A DNA stretch of 64,000 bases from Eledone cirrhosa (Eukaryota). The stretch lies in the NCBI GenBank assembly GCA_964016885.1, contig OZ024743.1, positions 255,440,001-255,504,000 on the forward strand. Direction: 5' to 3'. Position 1 is the first letter of the stretch; the number at the start of each line of letters is the position of its first letter. Positions 1-12,256 of the stretch are shown here, in pieces. The translations under genes were made by a program, and so were the position numbers. The notes beneath the pieces are model-generated. The model had not been told where the DNA came from, did no database searches, and saw only the letters and a program-made list of their open reading frames with translations.

Positions 1-174
1 AAGTACTTCTGTAAAAAAAGCCATGTATATATACATATATAACTTTATAAGTATATGTATCTATCTCTATCTATCTATATATGTAAATATGCATGTATGA
101 TATATACATATATATATATATGTATCTCACTCTTTCTCTCTATATATATACACACACAGACACACACATATATA

Positions 175-385
175 TATATTCATTTATTATAGCTAAGCAG
201 TGAGAAGTTTTTCTCAGGAGTTTCACTTGTGCACTCACAGGATCATCAGACACGATGTCTAATGATCCTGCATGTGTGCAAGTTAAACTCCAGAGTAACA
301 AATCTCACTGCTTTGCCATTATAAATGAATATTTAAACTCTACTTTGATATTGAGTACATTTGCTCACATCTGTCAATAAGATAC
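175..385. mobile_element. Short non-coding fold-back element containing a degenerate type I hammerhead (Penelope-type tail)
   Basis: Inverted arms ~175-252 / 256-332 with apex CGA at 253-255. The minus arm reads CTGATGA-TCCTGTGAGTGCACAAGT-GAAAC-TCCTGAG. The plus arm reads TGT-CTAATGA...TAAAC-TCCAGA-GTA-ACA (stem I TGT/ACA). The tail matches 54840-54900. Confidence 0.65.
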
Positions 386-389
386 AATA

Positions 390-570
390 ACTGTTTCTGC
401 TTTAGGCACAAGGCCAGCAATTACCCAGTGCATTACTGGTACTTTATTTTATCGACCCCGTAAAGATGAAAGGCAAAGTCAACCTCGGCGGGATTTGAAC
501 TCAGATCGTAAAGGGACGTAACTATGCTGGAGAGCATGGCGTCCGACCCTCTACCGATACTGCCAATCCA
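390..570 (-). mobile_element. tRNA-derived SINE (Meta-domain-like family)
   Basis: Reverse complement has a Pol III A-box-like TGGCAGTATCGG, B-box GAGTTCAAATCCC and a TTTGCCTTTCATC..GGGGTCGATAAAATAAAGTACCAG body. More than 10 copies occur in the window. Confidence 0.8.
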
Positions 571-574
571 TAAG

Positions 575-1240
575 ACACAATAACAAGAACTAAGAAGACT
601 TGGGATGAGTGATAAAAGCTGAACTTGCACAATTGCACCTCTGGAAAGCAATGATACAGGATCAAGATCTCTGGCATTATGCAGTAATACAGAATACCTG
701 CCTTCCCATGTGCATGGATTGAAGCATACACCTTGTATGCACCACTTTCCACTCCCCCTTCCATACACCTCCACATCCTAACACTCTTCCCTTCCTCCAT
801 GTCCCTCCCCCTCTTGCACATCCCATGTCCTAACACTCCACCCATGCCCAAACACTCAGCTTCTCACACACATTCCTAGATCTACCTCCCAAATTCTCCC
901 ACACCTCCCTGTACACAAGTACCCTGGCCACACTGTAAAGTAGTCATGATGACAAAACGACAAAAAGTGCCCAGTAAAGTGGTTGTGTAGGTGAGACAGC
1001 AAAAAGCACCCAATCCACACTGCTGTAAAGTTATTGTGTAGGTGTCACAACAAAAGGCACCTAGCACACAATGTAAATATGGTTGGTGTTAGGAAGGGCA
1101 TCCAGCCATAGAAACCAAGCCAAATCCAGTTCTGTATGAGCAAGACACACTCATTTGATCTGGCTTGTCTCACAATGGAGCAACTCATCTAACCTATGCT
1201 AGCGTAGAAAAATGGATGTTAAACGGTAGTGAGGATGATA
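575..1240 (+). mobile_element. RTE LINE 3' fragment
   Basis: Degenerate RPRKTWDE-like end of ORF, GTTAGGAAGGGCATCCAGC motif and CATGCTAGC..AAAATGGATGTTAAAC tail shared with the RTE at 55283-58170. Confidence 0.7.
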
Positions 1241-1244
1241 ATAA

Positions 1245-1432
1245 TTGTTTCTACTTTTGGCACAAGGCCAGCAATTATCTAGTGTATTACTGGTACTTTA
1301 TTTTATCGACCCTGTAAGGACGAAAGGCAAAGTTAACCTCGGCGGGATTTGAACTCAGACCATAAAGGTCTGTAACTCTTTACTGCAAAGCATGGTGTCC
1401 GACTCCCTACCGATACTGGCCAATCCACCGCC
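1245..1432 (-). mobile_element. tRNA-derived SINE (Meta-like family)
   Basis: Near-full-length copy of the 390-570 family. Confidence 0.8.
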
Positions 1433-1529
1433 CTGAGGATGATAACAATATATGTATGTTTGTCTGTCTGTCTCCATATATGTATATCTGTATATTTATC
1501 TGTAGAATGGAGAATGATAGAGAATGACC

Positions 1530-1900
1530 TGATGAAACTCTCCTTTTCACACAAAGAATCTTAGAAATTTTTGGCTTGAAAAGATCTCCAATAAGAAATT
1601 TGCTACATAAATGCCAACATGAGAATATGTCAGCAATCCTTTTCAGAAGAAGATGGAAGTGGATAGGGCATGTTCTCAGAAGAGAGCAAGACAGCATCCC
1701 AAGAACAGCTCTTCACTGAACACCAGAAAGCAAGCAAAAATGAGGAAGGCCAAAAACCACCTGGCACAAAACAGTTGAGGGAGAGATGAAAACCTGGCAA
1801 CACATATGAAGCTCTATCAAGAACCTAGGCATAATGGGCATAATGAGCAGTAGATAAAATATGAGAATTGCCTGTTTTCTGTCTGTGGAGTTCAACAATA
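1530..1900 (+). mobile_element. Degenerate RTE/RTEX-type LINE 3' RT fragment
   Basis: Translates to RRRWKWIGHVLR..EQDSIPRTAL...GRPKTTW, a typical RTE C-terminus, with stops and frameshifts. Confidence 0.65.
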
Positions 1901-2169
1901 GGTAAATTTGCACCAACAGAACCTGGACAAGCAGATAAAATAGACAATAAATGATGATGATAATGATGTTGTTGATTTGGTTATGTATTCTTTATAATGG
2001 CGAACTGGTGTTTTGTTACACTAGACTTTCACCTGTGTACTCATTCTCACAGCAATTAACAGTACACAGATAAATATATGTGTATGCATATATGTATGTG
2101 TGTGTATATATGTGTGAGTGTATGTATATGTATATATGAGTATATGTACATACGTACACACACACACAC

Positions 2170-2211
<42 letters not shown>

Positions 2212-2213
<2 letters not shown>

Positions 2214-2480
2214 AGGCATGTGGCCTAGTGGTAAGGGTGTTGGACTTACAATCATAATGTTGTGGGTTCAATTCCTAGGTTACGTGTTGTGTTCTTGAGC
2301 AAAACACTTCATTTCACGTTACTCCAGTATACTCAGCTGAAAATGAGTACGAGCAATAGCTGGAGGTTTAACCCTGCAATGGACTGGTGTCCTGTCCAGG
2401 GAGGAGACTACTACTCTCAGTCACTTCATCCATGAAACCGGAATAAGCACCAGCCAAATGGGCCTTCTGGCTTAAGACGG
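2212..2480 (+). mobile_element. tRNA-derived CORE-like SINE
   Basis: A-box TGGCCTAGTGG, B-box GGGTTCAATTCC, central TGTGTTCTTGAGCAAAACACTT..CTCAGCTGAAAATGAG. Confidence 0.75.
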
Positions 2481-2635
2481 ACTTTATATATATATATATG
2501 TGTGTGTGTGTGTATGTGTGTGTATGTGTGTGTGTGTGTAAAAGGTATACAGAAATAACAAAATTAATGAAACAAATGGGACAGTACATGGATAGAATAT
2601 ATTAGTTTAACTCTTGAAATAGCAGGAAGAAAGAC

Positions 2636-2668
2636 TTAACATTTCAGACGCTAGTCCTTCATCAGAAG
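2636..2668 (-). ncRNA. Minimal type I hammerhead ribozyme motif (slightly decayed)
   Basis: Minus strand CTT-CTGATGA-A-GGAC-TAGC-GTCT-GAAAT-GTT-AAG: core, 4-bp stem II, stem I CTT/AAG. GAAAC is changed to GAAAT. Confidence 0.5.
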
Positions 2669-3002
2669 AAAGAATGAGAGATTAAAGAAGAAATAGAAAG
2701 ATTGAGGAGACTGGCAGGGTGGAAATGGAAAAACATTTTTTAGAGAAAAATAACAGGTCCATCTATGTTGTCATCTATGGAAAACTGTTGATGTTCGTGT
2801 TTGATGCATAATATACTTTTGTTGAACAGTTGATGATGGAGCTCATCTATCTGAAAAATGAAAAAAATGTTTTTCATATAGAGCTGTGCGTGTGTGCTTG
2901 TAAGTACGAAGCTGTGAACAAAAGTTTGTGTATTTAAGGGAGTGTGAGTGTGTGTGTGTGTGTACAGATCCACAGGAACTTAAGATATATATATATATAT
3001 AT

Positions 3003-3667
3003 ATCATCATCATCATCATCATCATCATCGTTTAACGTCCATCTTCTACGCTTGCATGGGTTTGGACGGGAGTTTACTCACTTGAGGCAAGATTGGTTGT
3101 CTTGCTCATATAGGACTGTCTGGCGGGTTTTCTACGGCTGTATGCCCTTCCTAACACCAACCACGTTTACAGTGTGGACTGGGAGGTTTTTACCGTGTTA
3201 CCTACATGGCCACATTACAGCGTGGACTGTGTGTTCTTTTGTCGTGACACCTACACAACCTCATTTATTTCAGACTGGATGTTGTGGTACCAACATAACT
3301 TTACATCGAAAGGGGTGGTGCGGATGGGGTGGGTGTAGTGGGACGGGGTGTGTTTTTGTTAAGAGGTGCCTACTGACTGTAGGTTTCGCTTTGTACTTAG
3401 GCAAGGCGGGTCTTCTGTATTACTGTGTAGCGCCAAAGATCTTGGTCCAGTGACATTGTCTTGGAGAGGTGTAAGTGTGTGGGGTTGGAATTTATCAAGT
3501 CGTCCCAGGTTTTTCTGGGTCTGCCTACTCCATGGCTACTGTCTATTTTTATCGCCCTGCACTTTTTATACAGCTGTCGTCTTTCATGCACATCACGTGA
3601 CCATACCAACGTAGTCTTCACTTGAATAAACAACATCTGATACCTCTTATTCCTAATTTCTCCCTTA
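3003..3667 (-). mobile_element. RTE LINE 3' fragment
   Basis: Highly similar to 55283-55935. Encodes [22 protein letters not shown] and has a (CAT)n tail on the plus strand. Confidence 0.85.
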
Positions 3668-3668
3668 G

Positions 3669-3775
<107 letters not shown>

Positions 3776-6189
3776 TGCACAAGTGCACACCTGTAGACAT
3801 GTGTTTGTATGTACAGAGATTATGAGAGAGTGAGAGGAAATACTTCATGGAGAAAGAAGAAAATAAATATAACAATTATTAATTATTTAAATTGATATTG
3901 TTTTAAAATAATTTATATGTATTCAAGAGTCATTTAATATTAATAACCCTGTATTTAGCTTTCTGACTTTAATGAAAATCAAGTAACCCTGTTGAATACG
4001 AATAAGAGGAGCTAAAAGTACATTGTCAGTAAGTATGAATGGAGAACTCTTATACTGCCTTTTATATTTTATTCATCAGTAAAGAGATGAATTGACAAAT
4101 TCTTGTGAGTGTCAGCTAGAGTCATCTTCAACACCACTTTTACGTCAATCTTTCCATGATTGAATGGGTTAAGTGAGTCCTTCCCAGTACAACAACTCAC
4201 TCTCTCTCTCTCCCTCTCTCTCTCTCCCGCTCTCTTTCTCTCTCTCTCCATTTGTCCTTTCCTTTCCTTTGTTATCCCCTTTATGTTATGAAACTCAGCA
4301 TCTTCAGATCAACTTTCGTCACCTCTGCCCATGTCTCCCTTTGGTTATCCTCTTCCATGATTTCTTTGAATCGTCATCATTATCATCTTTACATCCATTT
4401 TACCATGCTTGCATTGCTTACACTAGCCCTCTCCAGTACAATATATCTCCACTTGTTTCTCTCTTTTGACATCAACTTTCAACACATCTATCCATGTCTT
4501 TCTTGGTCTCCCTCTTCCACAGCAGCCTTCAAACTGTTGGCATTTTAACCCCAGTAATTATCATCCATATATATTACATGTCTGTACAAGAGTAACCTTT
4601 TCACTAGCTGACTATATGTAATTATTTTTATACACAATATTTCTTTCACCTCGTTTGTGCTTTGTCACCACTTCTGCTAACATATTCCTTGGTCTTCCTT
4701 TTCCATGGCATTCTTCAACATCGTTTTTATAGCCATCTTTTCACGACTGCATGGGTTAGATAAGTCCTTTCCAGTACAACTTCTGGTACTTATATATATT
4801 ATAAGTGGCTGAGTATTCCACAGAAAGGTATAGTTTTAATGTATTTCTCAGGCAGAACCAGCATTACACTATATATGACAATGTCGGCCTTTTAAATTGA
4901 AGCTACATTCCATCTTGTATTATTGTGCAAGTGGTTGAGTATTCCATAGATATGTGTACTCTTAATGTAATTCTTCAGTAGAATTATTGTGATACAATAT
5001 GCAACAATCCTGGAACTTTGATTTACAGATACAATCCATCCAATGGACCTCCACATAGTTTTCTACCAATACAATTTCCCTTCAATATGTTGGGTTGGAT
5101 TGGTGTGATGTTAATCACATGACACCTCTCACTTCAACCAGTCTCAAAACTCTTACTGCAGTTAACTCTCAATTTTATTCTTTCATTCCTTTACTTTTAT
5201 TTTTTTACTGTCACTCAATCTATTTATCTATTTATCTATATATCTATTTCTGTTGTTTGAGAGCCATCTACTTCTATAGTATCACATTTGTGTGACAACA
5301 AATAAAAACACATTGCAAATTATTATATGTGGATGACATTTATGAAGTGTAAGTGTTTCTATAAGTTATTTTGCGGATCATCAGATATATTAAAGTATCC
5401 AGTACTCAGATGTATAAGTGATTTGCTAGATAAAAATAAACTGAGATTAGTGTGTCAAAGTTTGAAGGAGAGGTGGATAAGGATAAGACGCCAAGAAAAT
5501 AATGATATTAAGAAAAGTTGGTGTAATCTCTTGACTATATTAGAGATAGAGAAAAAGAATTATTTCCTTGAAATATAAAGCTGTTGATAGAAGCTGTTAT
5601 ATTAAGGAACAGTAATAAGTCACAGAATGTCATGATAAATCTTTGGATTGCATTAAGAATAATGCTTGTGATACCTATAGATGTGACTACAGCAGAGAGG
5701 GAGAAGCTTTAGTAAACTAAAGCGTCTGATGATATATTTATAGTTTTCTACAATGCAAAGCAGATTAAAATCTTTGAAAATTTTGTTAATGGAAAACGAT
5801 ATTGTAAAAAGGTTAGGTTATTGTATCGTGTTTATTATCAAAGTAGTGTCACATGATGTAACCTTCTGCATTTACCAATCGTGACTATGATCAAGTTCTT
5901 TCATCAAATAATTTACTATCAAAAGTAAGGTACTCCTCCTTACTTGTCTTTCACTGGTAGAATTTATATTGATAAGGAAATCAATTGATGACACTCTTCA
6001 TTGCTATTCAGTTTCTACATGTATGTAGTACTACTATGATTTTTTTTTTTAACTATCATCATGATCCACAAGATTCATGGCCATAATTAAGGATTAGCAC
6101 AAATACCGAATTGAAGATAATGAGTTTAGTTTTTACACCTACCTCTCTTTTTCTGATTACTGAATGCAGTAATCAGAGGACAGGAGTTA

Positions 6190-6665
6190 GGTATAAAAGC
6201 AAAACTGGCTATCTTCAATTTGGTATTCATGCCAACCATTACCTATGGCCATGCATCTTGTGTAATGACTGAAAGAATATGATTGCAAATGCAAGCAGAT
6301 GAAATCAGGTTCCTCCAAAAGGTCTTTAGAGAAACGTTACTCAAAAGAATGTGTAGCTCAAGAGATCAGAGAGTCACTCCATGTTGTGCAGCTACTTTTC
6401 CGAATTAAAGAGATCACAGCTCTAATACCATAGGCATGTGGTTAGAATGTCTCAGGAAAGAATTGCTGGACAGATTTTACAGGCAAAACAAGCCAGTAGG
6501 AGATCCAGGGGTAGACCCTGAGCAAGATGGCTGGATAACATCCATGAGCTTGGCTGGTCATGCTTGGGGATCCAGCTGGATTAGTTGGAGATGGTTGCTT
6601 CTGACAGGACCCACTGGAAGGAGTGTTTGAGGACTCTGCACCCACAACCTTCTCAGGAATAAGTG
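6190..6665 (+). mobile_element. Old RTE-like LINE 3' fragment (family also at 42220-42445 minus and 62460-62720 plus)
   Basis: Degenerate TYGHASCVMTERI*LQMQADEIRFL...GHVVRM...GRP. The nucleotide sequence resembles the two other copies. Confidence 0.6.
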
Positions 6666-6789
6666 GGCAAAGAAGAAGGAGGTGGGGAAGATGGAGGAGG
6701 AGAAGGAGGAGGAGGAGGTGGAAAAAAAGAAGATCCCAGACCTTATTTGCTTACTGCTTGGAGAGGAACTCATCAAATCAGACCAAAGT

Positions 6790-6972
6790 AACAATGTTTC
6801 CATTGGTCTTGCTATAGGTGATACTATCTATTGGTTGCAACTCTTAGCAGAAAGAGCAATGTGAAATAAAGTGTCTTGCTCAAAGTCATACTACATCGCC
6901 CAGTTTGAGAATCGAACATGTAACCTCACAATTGTGAATCCAATTCTCTAACTACTAAGTCATGCGCCTTCA
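6790..6972 (-). mobile_element. CORE-like SINE, degenerate
   Basis: GTGAAATAAAGTGTCTTGCTCAA...GAATCGAAC...CTAACTACTAAGTCATGCGCC is the reverse complement of the 15102 SINE head. Confidence 0.6.
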
Positions 6973-7429
6973 CTATGATAGTTTGAGAAATATTGTTAAA
7001 TGGTTACAACAATATTCCTACAGTTCACATTCTTGATACAATTACCCTCAAAATTATTAGTGCTATCAGCCTAGAAAAATTCAAATGTTATGTCTGTTTC
7101 ATCACTAATCATGGGTTGCATCCTTGATGTAGGATTTTGTTTAGCAGTGTTTTTTCTTAATAGTTATCATTAAGGAGCAATGCCATCTGAGATTGAAAAG
7201 AACAAGCTGGGAATGGTAGTCTCTATTGCAGACGTCAGATTTATATATATTTATTGGTCCATTGATACTGCTGACTTCATAATCAAATATTCTCCAAATA
7301 TTGAGAACAAAACATCCCACAGATTACCAAATACAATAGAGGGAAAATTTATCCATCTATCTTTAAATACCCTCTCCTGAAGGTCTTCGACTTCAGAAAA
7401 TAATTTACCACAGTTCACCAGGATACTAA

Positions 7430-7590
7430 TTGTTTCTACTTTAGGCACAAGGCCAGCAATTTTTGGAGAAGGGAAAATCGATTAAATCAACCCTGGTGCT
7501 TTATTTGTCCCATAAGATTTGAACTCAGAACGTAAACTTATGTAACAAAGCATGGTGTCAGATACTTTATTGATACTGCCAATCCACCAT
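7430..7590 (-). mobile_element. Meta-like SINE, degenerate
   Basis: TTGTTTCTACTTTAGGCACAAGGCCAGCAA...ATTTGAACTCAGAAC...CTGCCAATCCACC. Confidence 0.65.
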
Positions 7591-8797
7591 GTTAAGAAGT
7601 AAATGTTAGACCCCAAAGATTTATACAAAATGCCTCCATCCATGTTCAACATCTGCATAGAAAATTATGATCGAACTTATTTAATTGACAACATAGTATT
7701 GTTCCTTCTTGACACTCTTAGAAAGCTTATAGAACTCAGTCACTGAAATTCGCCATTGTTTTTCAATTTTTGGTTAATTCTGATGCTCTGACATTTCTAC
7801 CATTTTACCATCCTAGATTTGTACTTTATTTTATTTTAATCACACCCCGAAGGAGGAAAGATGAGGTTGGGATGTGAACTCAGTGTGCTGAGAGCTGGAA
7901 CAAATGCAGCAAGACCATTTTGTTCTATACTCTAACATTTCTAAAAATTCAATGCCTATTAATCCTCTTCCTAAACATTTCCTTGAAAAACATCCCATAT
8001 TTCAAAATTGTCACATTGCTATAATTTTACCTAACTATATGCTAACAATGAGAACAATGATTACATTAGTGGTTAGGACACAAAAACCTATTTCTTAATT
8101 AAAGCTGTTTATTCAAGGAAGGAATGTCAGTGTTCATAACCCTCTTCAAGGTTTCCAAGAGTTATGGGAAAGCAGGAGGAAGATATCCTTAAGCTAGAGG
8201 CCTGATCCATATGCTGGTGACAATTGATGATTCTATTAACAGCCCTCTGGGGTTAGGTAGTGGATTTAAACAATTTAATGTATTAAATATACCACACAAG
8301 TGAATTTGAACTCAGAACACAATGAACTGGAACAAATACCACAAAATATTTTGTCCACTACTCTAACATTTCTGCTAATTTACAATCTTTGTCTGCTACT
8401 TTATTTTATTAAGCCAGAAAGTATAGAAGTCTAAATTGACCTTAGTGGAATTTGAACTCTGAGTGTTGAAAGATAGTACAAATACCATAAGGCATTTTAT
8501 ATTTCTGCCAATTAACTGACATTTTTCCTCTTTCTCTTCCTTGAAAAAATTTCATAATATTTCAAAACTGTCACACCTCAGTATCTTTATATACCTACAT
8601 ACCACCATTGACAATGATGATTATATTAGTGGTTGTAATACAGAAAATTAGGGGAATTCTTTACAAAATACACAATTATTTTATCAATGTTTTCAGAATA
8701 TCATATATATTTTTAATAATTTATTTTGTTTCGTTATGCATTTTTACCCTGATTTCTATCTCAACTGAAAATGTTTTTTTTTATCTATCTGTTGCAG

Positions 8798-9018
8798 GAA
8801 TCTCTTTGCCAAATTTGACTCTCTGACAAATCAATAGTCAGGAATTATTCAAAGACAAACATGGTACAGCAGAAAAAAATATTGTTGTTGTTGTGTTACG
8901 TGTACAGAAAAAAACCCCACCCCAAAAAACCCACCAAGTCAAGAGTTATTTTTATTGAAGAAAAAGAATACATTGTTGATTGAAGCTGCCTTTTAGTGAG
9001 TGTAATTCCTTGTCACAG
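8798..9018 (+). other. Candidate non-coding (UTR-type) exon of a host gene
   Basis: Pyrimidine tract TTTTTTTTTATCTATCTGTTGCAG|G at 8797/8798 and donor CAG|GTAATG at 9018/9019, in non-repetitive sequence. No long ORF. Confidence 0.35.
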
Positions 9019-11185
9019 GTAATGGAAGTTTTTTCTTATTTTTTGTTATTGTTTTTATTCTTCAATATCCTAGTACATCTGTTATATGTGCTTTTTTTTT
9101 CCTTTTTCTTTTATATATTTTTTACTTTAATTTGATATTTCCTTGAAGAAACTCTAGAACAAATAAGTTTATCTTATTGATAAAGTTTGTCATTATTGAT
9201 TTTGTTTTTGGTATTTTTTTCTGGTAAATAGGTATATGTCACCACATCTGGTATATTTTCCCCCTTTTTTAACTTCTAAGTATGTTTGAGTGATTATTTT
9301 TTCGTGTCTGTATGTGTATATATATTGTATATGTGTATGTATGTGTATATGAATGTATCTTTGTATATGTATTACTATATAGATGTGCTTGTATGTGTGG
9401 AGGCATATATCTGTATATGAATGAATGTTTTTAAATGTATTGTATATGTATAAGTATTTATATGCATATATATGTGTTTGTGTGTGTGTGAATGTATGAA
9501 TATGTGCATATATATATGTATATGCATATTGGTATGTATGTGTATATGTATACTTTTTGTATATGTGTGATACAAATATGTGCACATATATATTTATATA
9601 TATGTGTGTGTGTGTTTATGTGTATATATTTTTAAATATATATACATGTGTGTCAAATGCAGTGAATTGGCAGAGTGGTAAGAGCATCAGATATAATGCT
9701 TTGTGCTACTAATTCAAGATATCTGTGCTATGATTTCAAATCCTGCATTCTTTTCGAGTTAATAAATACAATGCCAGTTCAGTACTTCTATTCTCTCTCT
9801 GTCTCTCTGTCTCTCTCTCTCTCTCTGCAATCAAACCTTCCATCTCTTTTGTCTAAAGTTGTAGTGTGGAGGGATAGAAAGGGCAAGAAACATAAATATG
9901 GTGCCTGGATATGATGAAAGGTTTTTAGATAAATATAAATACTATAAAATATACAGCTTTGAATTGTAAAACTAGCAGTAGGTTCACATGTTTTACAGTA
10001 TATCGAAAGGGTTATGCCAATGAATTATAATTTGAAATAAATATTTGGTTGTTATTTTTAGCAGGAAAAGTAAACCATATAGATCCACTTTCAGATTTTA
10101 AAACTATATTAAAGTTAGAAAGATTTACAGCTCCCAATTATGTAGGTTTAGCTTGCCTCCTATATACTTGCATCACATAGGAGGGTATTCAGGTGTTTTA
10201 ATGATAGGGACCATAGTCTGATTGTTTTGTTACAACTCACATCTAGTTAGCTTTAGCTGATTCATATCAGGTTACATCATATAGGAGAATTCTCAGGTGT
10301 TTTAATGATAGGGGCCCTGGTCCTGTTGCATTGTTTAGCTCTATTCTATGTAGCTTACGCTGGCCTCCCATGAGGTTACTTCACATAGGAAGTTTCTTGG
10401 GTATCAATGAAAAGCAATGTGAAAGGAAGAATACAATGCACCTTCCAGTCCAGGAATTGAAGCCACAACCTAATAATCATGTGTCAAACATACTAACCAC
10501 CTGTCAACAGAACTTCACTATAAAGGTTTATAGGTATATTGATTCAACTAATACACAAGGTGAAGTCCTATAAAGTGTTAAGTATTTGTATAGAGGAATA
10601 AATGAAATAATTATCTTGTTCTTATGTAAGATTAGCTTCCATAATCTAGGTATTCTAAACCAAGATTGAATCAAGTGTTAATAGTGAGGGATAATTAATC
10701 ATGAGGTTACATCATGCCTGGGGAATGCTCACATTCATGATGACTATCCTACCACAAGGAATTCATGTCTATCCTATAGGGTCAGAGCTCTGTGAATGGA
10801 AGGGCATTTATCATTGTAGCTTTCGGCTTTTGATATAGGTATATGCCTAGAGAAACTATATGCCATTAGTGAGTTATGTGGTCAGGGATACTTGACTATG
10901 TGGTCACATCTGGATTGTCAGATATAAGTGATCATGTCAGTAGCCCTGGATTATCAGGGACAATTGGGTACGGAGACAGAAATTCAGTGTTACACTGTTG
11001 ATTCATATTAAATATTTTCTCGCGCGTGTGTGTGAGTATGTGTATGTGTGTGCATGCGTGCACATGCTTTTTGTTGGAGTTTTGCTGTTTTTAATATTGA
11101 AAGGTTTGAAATATCCAGTCGCACTTAATTTTCATTTCAACAGCTTTCATTTTACTTCCTCTGATTCATTGTGGATACATATATA

Positions 11186-11644
11186 TGAGAGGTCTTTAAA
11201 AAGTTTGTGGTAAAAGTATATATAGCTAAACATCATATGCAGGGATTTTGATCTCAATGGACCAGCACCTGCTCGAGCAACATGGCCTCCATCAAAACAT
11301 CAAATTCATGGTGAAGCTAGTGTGGAAGAGCAGCCAAATCATTGATGCTCTGGAGTAGATTTATGAGGACAATGCCCCTAAAAGTCAACAAACTAGAAAT
11401 GGATAAGTACTTTTAAAAGTGGAAGAGATGAGGTTGAAGATAATCTCCAGTTGAAGATGTAAAAAAAGCTGCTTTGATATGGTTTAAATCACAAGGTCCT
11501 CAGTTTTACACAGATGGACTTAAAGGCTGATATCAATGCTTGCAGAAGTGTTTTGACCTAGAGGAAGCATATAATGAAAAAGATACATTATAAGTTAAAC
11601 CATTTTTTCCAACTGTCCTATTACTATGGACTTTTTGAAGCCCC

Positions 11645-11648
<4 letters not shown>
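11186..11648 (+). mobile_element. Internally deleted mariner (irritans/Hsmar2-like) with both TIRs
   Basis: TIRs TGAGAGGTCTTTAAAAAGTTTGTGGTAA and (rc) TGAGGGGGCTTCAAAAAGTCCATAGTAA, with TA flanks. Peptide remnants NIKFMVKLVWKSSQIIDALE*IYEDNAPK..KWISTFKSGRDEVED and WFKSQGPQFYTDGLKG*YQCLQKCFDLEEAYNEK. Confidence 0.8.
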
Positions 11649-11685
<37 letters not shown>

Positions 11686-12256
11686 CGGCGATGAATTAGT
11701 TTTGCGAGGTTTTTTATATGAAATCGTGTGTCGAAACAGATATTGTTATATTTGGGGAGGGTCATATTTGCGTAATATTGCCAGAATTAATAACAGAACA
11801 CACTCACTGTTTGGTTGGTTTTCGCTTCTCGCTGTCTTTTATATATATATATCTGCGATCTAACTTACTCGGTCCTCAATGTTGCCATTGACTGACCGGC
11901 GGTCAAAAATAATACAGATACAATATAGACAAACACATATATATATAGTTTACATAAATCTTTCGTTGCACATCTGCAACATCGTCAGTGGTGTTATATT
12001 CATTGTTCCTCCTGTTGTGTTGTATGTCTACGCCATTTTTTTTTGTTCAGTCTGTCTATATATTTATTTATTTATTTGCTTGTTTGTTTATCTTATTTTA
12101 TTTTGTCTTCTTTGCGCATGCGTTTGCGTGTGTGTATAGTGTGTGATGTGTGACTAGTGTGTATAGTGTTGTGTCTGCTGGGTGACTAGTGTGTGTTTAT
12201 GTGCTTGTGTATGTATTTATTTATCTTATTTTATTTAATTTAATTTACTTATTTAT

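Noticed and set aside
2212-2290. tRNA gene-like sequences (A/B boxes here and in other SINE heads)
   Set aside because: They are followed by SINE bodies, occur in multiple degenerate copies, and form no complete cloverleaf.
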